From assembly GCA_016869045.1 (NCBI GenBank), contig VGFC01000005.1, forward strand, positions 1 to 50,769: 50,769 bases of DNA, read 5' to 3'. The notes beneath the pieces are model-generated. The model was not told where the DNA came from. It worked only from the letters and a program-made list of their open reading frames with translations, and did no database searches. The translations under genes and the position numbers were made by a program. Shown here piece after piece: positions 44,833 to 50,769 of the stretch. Positions within the stretch are counted from its first letter, which is position 1. Every line of letters begins with the position of its first letter. The stretch comes from Armatimonadota bacterium (GTDB lineage Bacteria; Armatimonadota; Zipacnadia; Zipacnadales; VGFC01).

Positions 44833-45403
44833 ACTCGTCCTCCTCCAGCACTTGCGTGCGCCCTGTGATGGCATCCAGGGCCACGGCCAGCCGGTCTTCG
44901 TAGTCGTTTTCGAGCAGGATTCGCGCGCCGTCAGTGGTGCCACTGGGGGCGAAGGCGATGAACGGCGTGCCCTCCTCATTGAGCCGATTGCTCAGCGCGT
45001 TGATCTGGTCGAGGGCTTCCTCACTCAGTTGCGCGAGCGCTTCGTCCCCCAACTGCACTTCCAGGATCGTTACACCCTCCGGGAGCTGCCGGGCGGCGCC
45101 CAGGATCGTCTCGTCCTCCACGAAGCGCGGCTCCTCATCGCTCGTGTTCTGAGAGGCGCTCTCGTAGTAGGTCACCCACACGCGTCCGCCGTCACGGTCG
45201 ATGTTCAGGCGGTAGGTGGTCCCCTCCACGACGGCCTGGCTGCGGGCGTACTGCATCAGGGCGACGAGGTCGCGGACCGTCGAGCGCAGCTTGGCCTCGT
45301 GGTATTGCCTCACGAACGAAGGCGCCACCAACCCCGCAAGCAGGATGAGGATGGTGAGCACCACCATCAGCTCGATGAGGGTGAAGCCGCTCCGTGAGGC
45401 CAT
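44816..45403 (-). CDS. gspH: Minor pseudopilin GspH/FimT-like
   Basis: RSG-FTLIELMVV; YARSQAV; IAFAPSG; ITGR. Confidence 0.85.
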   Translation of the reverse strand: MASRSGFTLIELMVVLTILILLAGLVAPSFVRQYHEAKLRSTVRDLVALMQYARSQAVVEGTTYRLNIDRDGGRVWVTYYESASQNTSDEEPRFVEDETILGAARQLPEGVTILEVQLGDEALAQLSEEALDQINALSNRLNEEGTPFIAFAPSGTTDGARILLENDYEDRLAVALDAITGRTQVLEEDEFAPED

Positions 45404-45412
45404 GTGGCTCCG

Positions 45413-45868
45413 CTACCCCTCCGCAAACGTCTCCCGCTCCCACGAGCGGATGTCCGCATCGAGCCCCTCGCCGCCCTCCACGCCGTCCGCGCCGAAGGAC
45501 CACAGGTGGAAGTCGCGCCCGCTCTCGATGGACAGGTACTGGAAGTCGTTGCCCCAGCCGTCCTTGGGAACCTGGTCGATGTAGGGTCCCTTCCAGCGTT
45601 TCGGCTTGGGCGGACTGGTCGGCTCCTTCACGAGAGCCTCCAGGCCCTGTTCGGTCGAGGGCACCTTGGCGGCGTTGTCGATGCGGTACTGCTCCAGCTG
45701 ATTGACCAGCGTCTTCATGTTGACGATGGTGGTTGCTCGTCGCGCGTCCTCCGCACGGTTCATGACGCGCGGGATCACCAGCGCCGCCAGCAACACCAGA
45801 ATGACCATCACCACCATGAGTTCGACCAGCGTGAAACCCGCCCGGCGGGCGCGTCCTAGCCGTTCCAT
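45413..45868 (-). CDS. gspG: Major pseudopilin
   Basis: G-FTLVELMVV; YRID; PSTEQGLEALV; WKGPY; PKDGWGNDFQY; SFGADGVEGGEG..ADI. Confidence 0.95.
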   Translation of the reverse strand: MERLGRARRAGFTLVELMVVMVILVLLAALVIPRVMNRAEDARRATTIVNMKTLVNQLEQYRIDNAAKVPSTEQGLEALVKEPTSPPKPKRWKGPYIDQVPKDGWGNDFQYLSIESGRDFHLWSFGADGVEGGEGLDADIRSWERETFAEG

Positions 45869-45891
45869 CGTCTACGTCCTCCTTCGTCGTA

Positions 45892-45957
45892 TGCCGTTGC
45901 CGTTGCCGTCAGCCGTTCTCCCCAACTCCTGATCTCCTGCACTCCTACACTCCTGCC
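45892..45957. repeat. Short tandem repeats: GCCGTT hexamers then CTCC-led octamers
   Basis: TGCCGTTGCCGTTGCCGTCAGCCGTT CTCCCAA CTCCTGAT CTCCTGCA CTCCTACA CTCCTGCC. Confidence 0.7.
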
Positions 45958-45961
45958 TTCC

Positions 45962-47176
45962 TCACTTCGACGCCATCAGGTTGAGGTCGAAGATCGGCAG
46001 CAGCATGGAGATGATGACGCTGCCCACGATCAGCCCCATCGCCAGGATGATGACGGGTTCCAGCAGGGAGATAAGCTGACGCACCGTGTTCTGGATTTCC
46101 ATGTCGTACGAATGCGCGACCCGCTGCAGGATCGTGTCCACCTCGCCGGTCTCCTCGCCCACGGCGATCATGTTGACGACCAGCGAGGGGAAGGCTCTCG
46201 TGCGGCGCAGGGGGTCGGCAATCGGCTCGCCCTCGCGCACGCTGTCGCGCACCTCGTCGAGGGCGTGGGACATCATGCGGTTGCCGATGGCGCCCTGGAC
46301 CGTTTCCAGGGCTTCCAGGATCGGCACGCCGCCCCGGAGGAGCGTGCCCAGTGTGTGCGCGAACCGCGAGGCCGCGATCTTGAATGACAGGGGGCCGATG
46401 ATCGGCGGCTTGATCTTGACCGAGTCGAATGCCAGCGAACCCGACGGCGTGCGCACGTACCAGCGCAGGATGAGGACCAGCACGATCAGCCCGCCCAACA
46501 CTCCCCACCAGTAGTGCGCGAGGAAGGTCGAGATGCCCAGGATCACGCGCGTGGGCAAGGGGAGCGCCTGCCCGAGGCTCTCGAAGATCACCACGAAGCG
46601 GGGGATCAGGAAGGTGACCAGGAAGAGCACGGCCGCCGTGCCGACGCTGATCAGCAGAGTCGGGTAGGCCAGGGCGGAACGGATGGCGGCCGACTGCTGC
46701 GCCTGCTGCTCCTGGTAGTCGGCTAGCCGCTCCAGCACGCCCTCCAGGTCGCCCGAGGCCTCGCCGGCGCGCACAAGGTTCACGTACAGCGTGTCGAACA
46801 GCCGGGGGAACTTGGCGAGCGTATCGCTGAGCGCCGAGCCGGTCTGGACCTCCTCCCGCACGCGCAGGAGGATGTCGCGCACCCGCGGGTTGTCGGTATT
46901 GTCGATCAGGACGCTGAGCGCGCGGACGACGGTCAGTCCCGCGCCGAGGAGGTTAGAGAGCTGGCGGGTGAGGATCGTTCGGTCGGCGGCCGTGGTTCGC
47001 CCGAACAGGCCCCCGGGGCGACCGGCGGCGCGCGCCGGGGCGGCCTCCCTCACCTCCATCGGGTAGTTGCCCGACTCGCGGACACGCCCGATGGCGGCCG
47101 CGAGGTCCTCGGCGTGAATCTCGCCGACAACTTCCCGCCCCGCGTCATCGACTGCTACATAGCTGAACGTGGGCAT
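45962..47176 (-). CDS. gspF: T2SS inner-membrane platform protein
   Basis: MPTFSY.A; RQLSNLL.AG; AGEASG.L; SALAYP; LPLPT; MIAVGEETG; LLEP; LPIF. Confidence 0.95.
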   Translation of the reverse strand: MPTFSYVAVDDAGREVVGEIHAEDLAAAIGRVRESGNYPMEVREAAPARAAGRPGGLFGRTTAADRTILTRQLSNLLGAGLTVVRALSVLIDNTDNPRVRDILLRVREEVQTGSALSDTLAKFPRLFDTLYVNLVRAGEASGDLEGVLERLADYQEQQAQQSAAIRSALAYPTLLISVGTAAVLFLVTFLIPRFVVIFESLGQALPLPTRVILGISTFLAHYWWGVLGGLIVLVLILRWYVRTPSGSLAFDSVKIKPPIIGPLSFKIAASRFAHTLGTLLRGGVPILEALETVQGAIGNRMMSHALDEVRDSVREGEPIADPLRRTRAFPSLVVNMIAVGEETGEVDTILQRVAHSYDMEIQNTVRQLISLLEPVIILAMGLIVGSVIISMLLPIFDLNLMASK

Positions 47177-47189
47177 GGCCTGGCTTCGC

Positions 47190-47288
47190 CGTCTCGTGTC
47201 TCAGGTCGTGGCCGTTCAGTCTGAAGTCTGAGGTCCGCCGCCGCCGTTCTCCCAGACTCCCAAACTCCGCAACTCCCAAGCTCCTGCC
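47190..47288. repeat. Mixed heptamer and octamer tandem repeats
   Basis: GTCTCGT GTCTCAG; AGTCTGA AGTCTGA; GCCGTT CTCCCAGA CTCCCAAA CTCCGCAA CTCCCAAG CTCCTGCC. Confidence 0.7.
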
Positions 47289-47292
47289 GTCC

Positions 47293-48993
47293 TCACTCCT
47301 CGATCTGGGTGACGGCGAGGACCTCCTCGATCGTCGTCTCGCCGTCGATGACCTTCTTCCAGCCGTCTTGGCGCATCGTGCTCATGCCGTGTAGGACGGC
47401 GTCCCGCTTGATCTCGCCCGCCGAGGCGCGCCGGATGATCATCGAGCGAATGTGTTCGTTCAGCGGCAGCACCTCGTAGAGCGCCGTGCGGCCGGCATAG
47501 CCCGTGTAGCGGCAGGCACTGCAGCCGGTGCCCCGCGCGAGTGTCGCGGGCGGGTGGATCTCGAGTTCCCGGTGGATTGTCGCCATCCACTCGGCGGACG
47601 GCTCGTATTCCTCGCGGCACTCCGGGCAGATGCGCCGGAGGAGACGTTGCGCCAGCACCCCCTCCAGCGAGGAGGCGATCAGGTACGGCTCGACGCCCAT
47701 GTCCTGCAGGCGCGTGACCGCGCCCGAGGCGTCGTTCGTGTGGAGCGTGCTAAAGACAAGGTGACCGGTGAGGGCCGCGTTGATCGCGATGTTCGCGGTC
47801 TCCTGGTCGCGGATCTCGCCCACCATGACGATGTCCGGGTCGTGACGCACGATGTGACGGAGGCCCGTGGCGAACGAGAGCCCGATCTTCGGGTTCACGT
47901 GGATCTGGTTCACGCCGTGCAGACGGTACTCGACCGGATCCTCGATGGTGATGATCTTCTTGCGCGGGGTGTAGATGCGCCGCAAGGCCGCATACAGCGT
48001 TGTGGTCTTGCCGCAGCCGGTCGGCCCCGTCGCCAGCACCACGCCGTGGTGCTTGTGGATGATCGCCGTGTACTCGGCGAGCTGCTCGTCCTGCATGCCC
48101 AGCTCTTCCAGCTCGAAGGCGAGCTGGCTCTGGTCCAGCAGACGCAGCACGACCGCCTCACCATACAGCGTGGGGATGATCGACACGCGGATGTCTACCT
48201 CGCGCCCGCTGACCAGCAGGGCGATCCGGCCGTCCTGGGGGAGGCGGTGTTCGGCGATGTTGAGGTTCGAGAGGATCTTCACGCGCGACACGATCGCCGG
48301 CAGCAATCGTTGGGCAGGGGCCGCCTGCTCGGTCAGCACGCCGTCGATGCGATAGCGCAGGCGAATCTCGTTCTCGAACGGCTCGATGTGGATGTCCGAG
48401 GCCTTCTCGGCGACGGCCTGGCGAATGACGGTATTGACGAGGCGGATGACCAGCGCTTCCTTGGCCATCCGCTCGAGGTCGGCGGCGTCGATCTCCTTCT
48501 CGGCGATGAGCTGCACGTCGCCGTTGTCGGCCGCCTCCATCATCTCCTTCATGTACGCCTCTTCGACGATCCGCTGAATCTCCGCAGCGTCGGCGAGGAC
48601 GGGGTTCACTTCCTTGCCGGTCACCATGCGGATGTCGTCGAGCGCCTCCAGGTTGAACGGATCGGCGGTCGCAACCACGACCTCGCCGTCCTGCACCCGG
48701 AGGGGAACCACCTGATGGCGGTACGCCAGCTCTGCTGGCACGATGCGCAGAGCCTCGGGGTCGGGTGGCAGCTCGCGCAAGTCCACGGCGGGGATTCCCA
48801 GCGAGCGACCGACCGCCTCTTGCATCTGGCGCGCGGAGACCATCCCGAGCTTGACCAGGCTGAGGCGCAGGGGCTGGCCGCCGCGCTCGGCATCGGCCTG
48901 CGCGCGCAGCAAGTCCTCGTGGGTCAGCACGCCCGAGTCCAGCAGTGCCCGCACGGCGGGCTCAACGGTCGATCCCGTCGGATGATCGCTCAC
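47293..48993 (-). CDS. gspE: T2SS assembly ATPase GspE/PilB
   Basis: ASDIHIEP; PQDGRI; GPTGCGKTT; TIEDPVEY; MVGEIRD; STLHTND; CPEC...CSAC. Confidence 0.95.
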   Translation of the reverse strand: MSDHPTGSTVEPAVRALLDSGVLTHEDLLRAQADAERGGQPLRLSLVKLGMVSARQMQEAVGRSLGIPAVDLRELPPDPEALRIVPAELAYRHQVVPLRVQDGEVVVATADPFNLEALDDIRMVTGKEVNPVLADAAEIQRIVEEAYMKEMMEAADNGDVQLIAEKEIDAADLERMAKEALVIRLVNTVIRQAVAEKASDIHIEPFENEIRLRYRIDGVLTEQAAPAQRLLPAIVSRVKILSNLNIAEHRLPQDGRIALLVSGREVDIRVSIIPTLYGEAVVLRLLDQSQLAFELEELGMQDEQLAEYTAIIHKHHGVVLATGPTGCGKTTTLYAALRRIYTPRKKIITIEDPVEYRLHGVNQIHVNPKIGLSFATGLRHIVRHDPDIVMVGEIRDQETANIAINAALTGHLVFSTLHTNDASGAVTRLQDMGVEPYLIASSLEGVLAQRLLRRICPECREEYEPSAEWMATIHRELEIHPPATLARGTGCSACRYTGYAGRTALYEVLPLNEHIRSMIIRRASAGEIKRDAVLHGMSTMRQDGWKKVIDGETTIEEVLAVTQIEE

Positions 48994-49844
48994 TGGCCTT
49001 CCCCTCCGCCCATCGGACCTCCCATGGGCATCATTGGTGGACCTCCACCGCGACCTCGACCGAAGCCCGACCGGCCCATCGACAGGCTCTCACCCAGGTA
49101 GATTCGGTCGGCCTCGAGGTACCCGTCCGCGTTCACCTTCCCGATCGCCACCAGTGGCTCGTCGAGCGCCAAAGCCGACAGATCTCCCTGCGTCCGTCGC
49201 AGTACGCGGGCCCCCTCCGGCAGTTGCACTGCAACCTCACTGCCATTCGCGAGCGTCACGACAAGGGGCTCTACACTCTTGACGCTTCCCGAGATGGTGA
49301 CGTTAGCCGGCGGGCCACCACCGGGTGAGGGACCGCCGACCGTCGGCGCGGGCGGCGTGGCGCCCCCCGCAGGCGCGGTCGGTCCCGGAGCCGGCGTTGG
49401 AGGCGCTTCCCCTCCGCCCGTCGGCGGAGCAGCCGGGGCAGGCGCTCCTCCGTCGCTTTCCTGCAGCGCACGCATGATGTCCGCAAACGACAGCTCTCCC
49501 CCCACCTGGACCTTCTCGGCCACGACCACGGCGGGTACGCCCGACACGGTGACCGTGTCGCCGACCTTGAGCTCCCCGGCCGGGATGTCGGCCATCTGGG
49601 TGATCGCGGTCTGCTCCCCGGCGATGACGATGCGGCTTCCTCGCCCGGGTACGCCGACCTGTAGGTAACCGAGAAGCGGGTTGGCGTCCTCGAGCGTGCC
49701 GAAGACGACTCGCTCCATGAAGTCACTCATCGGGTTGCCGCCCGGCCCTTCCCCTCCTCCACCGAAACTGAACTGGGCCGGCACGGACGTCGCGGCGAGG
49801 GTCAACAGCGCCGCCATGGCCGCTTGATAGCGAATACGCAGCAC
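48990..49844 (-). CDS. Secreted protein with two small beta (DUF5666/OB-like) domains and Gly/Pro/Met-rich linkers
   Basis: Signal peptide; ELKVGDTVTVSG; ISGSVKSV...LALDEPLVAIG...LEADRI; tail GGPPMMPMGGPMGG. GTGA overlap with gspE. Confidence 0.65.
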   Translation of the reverse strand: MLRIRYQAAMAALLTLAATSVPAQFSFGGGGEGPGGNPMSDFMERVVFGTLEDANPLLGYLQVGVPGRGSRIVIAGEQTAITQMADIPAGELKVGDTVTVSGVPAVVVAEKVQVGGELSFADIMRALQESDGGAPAPAAPPTGGGEAPPTPAPGPTAPAGGATPPAPTVGGPSPGGGPPANVTISGSVKSVEPLVVTLANGSEVAVQLPEGARVLRRTQGDLSALALDEPLVAIGKVNADGYLEADRIYLGESLSMGRSGFGRGRGGGPPMMPMGGPMGGGEGQ

Positions 49845-49880
49845 AGCAGTGCCTCCAAGTCACGGATGAACGTGGGGTCT

Positions 49881-50162
49881 CTATTCCTTAGACGCTTCGG
49901 CCGCGTCCTCGCCTCTGTCGCGCGCCCCCAACTCCTCCCGCAGTTGCGCCTCCAGGGCCGCCAGGTCCCCCAGCGCCCTCGTCACGTGTTGGGTCACCAC
50001 GTCCGACTTCACCAGAACCAGGCGCTGCCCTCGGTCGTGGCCGAAGATCACCATCTTGTCTCCCGGCTCGATACCCAGCGCCTTGCGCGCGTCGGCGGGG
50101 ATCACCATCTGGCCACGTTCGCCGATCGTGGCCGAGCCCCAATACTTGGTCCCGTGCATCAC
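49881..50162 (-). CDS. AbrB/MazE/SpoVT-family DNA-binding regulator
   Basis: YWGSATIGERGQMVIPADARKALGIEPGDKM. Confidence 0.92.
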   Translation of the reverse strand: MMHGTKYWGSATIGERGQMVIPADARKALGIEPGDKMVIFGHDRGQRLVLVKSDVVTQHVTRALGDLAALEAQLREELGARDRGEDAAEASKE

Positions 50163-50180
50163 ACTACCCCTCTCGGTGGC

Positions 50181-50220
50181 GTGTGAGGAATCATACTCCT
50201 CCTACACCTCGTAACTCTTA
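50181..50220 (-). promoter_or_regulatory. Promoter/operator of the AbrB-gsp operon
   Basis: Minus strand TAAGA, TACGA, TAGGA, TATGA repeats (7, 9 and 9 nt apart). The last overlaps a TATGAT -10 candidate. Confidence 0.45.
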
Positions 50221-50281
50221 GAACGTTGCGCACCGGGGTGGTGTTCACTGTGGGACACGCGGCTTCGGGGGCAGAACTGCA

Positions 50282-50308
50282 GGACCCCGCGTCGTTTTCG
50301 CGGGGTCC
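50282..50308. terminator. Hairpin downstream of the receiver gene
   Basis: GGACCCCGCG-TCGTTTT-CGCGGGGTCC. U-tract is weak. Confidence 0.4.
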
Positions 50309-50337
50309 CGGAGCGTACGAGCAGGGCAGGATGACGG

Positions 50338-50733
50338 TCAGTGCGCGACCGGTTCTGCCGTGAGACGGTCGAGCACGTTGACTACGGTGCGGTCGAAGTC
50401 CACGTTCTTCTCCACGAAGACGCCGTCGTACCGCGCGACGCGCATCAGGGCCTGGGGGGACTGGGTGAACCCGCTGAAGACGATCACCTTTATGTCCGCC
50501 CAAAGCGGATTCGACTTCACGGCATCCAACACGCGCCAACCATTGATGTCGGGCATCGCTATGTCAAGTAGGATTGCGTCGTATAGCCCGCCGTTGAGGG
50601 TGGCCCGACAGAGCTCCTCAATGGCGGCCTGGCCCCCGTCCACCGCGATCGCCCCAAAGCCAGCGTCCTCCAGGACGCGGGTCATCAGCATCCGCGTGGC
50701 CGGGTCATCATCGACGACCAGAACCTTGCCCAT
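50338..50733 (-). CDS. Stand-alone response regulator receiver protein
   Basis: KVLVVDDD; ILLDIAMPDING; VIVFSG; FVEK. AAAGGAGG SD. Confidence 0.9.
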   Translation of the reverse strand: MGKVLVVDDDPATRMLMTRVLEDAGFGAIAVDGGQAAIEELCRATLNGGLYDAILLDIAMPDINGWRVLDAVKSNPLWADIKVIVFSGFTQSPQALMRVARYDGVFVEKNVDFDRTVVNVLDRLTAEPVAH

Positions 50734-50769
50734 GGCTTTCCTACGGACTCACCTCCTTTCCGTTCGGAG

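Noticed and set aside
39763-48993. Type IVa pilus locus
   Set aside because: Clear GspG and GspK signatures, a GspD-type secretin and no PilT favour T2SS.
49881-50162. MazE/VapB toxin-antitoxin pair
   Set aside because: No adjacent toxin-like ORF; the next gene encodes a secreted protein.

Overview
A GC-rich bacterial chromosomal window with about 41 genes. DUF1559-type prepilin, UroD-family proteins, large secreted glycan-active proteins and LptF/G suggest a diderm such as Armatimonadota, but this is inference. Four blocks: (1) 1-7.5 kb, a minus-strand run ending in a CusRS/HprRS-like two-component system; (2) 7.6-14.3 kb, a divergent cluster behind a CusR-like box with a DUF1559 prepilin, two paralogous secreted Gly/Pro/Met-rich microproteins that each carry one PQQ-like propeller blade, a large Gly/Pro/Trp low-complexity protein, a CHASE2-like kinase and a methyltransferase; (3) 14.6-36.1 kb, carbohydrate-use and redox genes (putative glycoside hydrolases, sialate O-acetylesterase, two UroD-family proteins, FAD oxidoreductases, exported MsrBA, LptF/G, NagB-like); (4) 36.2-50.7 kb, an AbrB-led type II secretion operon (gspE-F-G-H-I-J-K-L-M-C-D) with many Gly/Pro insertions. 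Intergenic DNA holds GTAG REPs, a 107-bp MITE inserted into a REP, long palindromes, heptamer/octamer repeats and a recurring AGG-N18-GAAC-type promoter motif. The best candidate for an undescribed system is the TCS-controlled prepilin / single-blade Met-rich microprotein locus at 5.3-10.7 kb. No rRNA, tRNA, CRISPR or transposase was seen. All family calls are by eye, with no database search.
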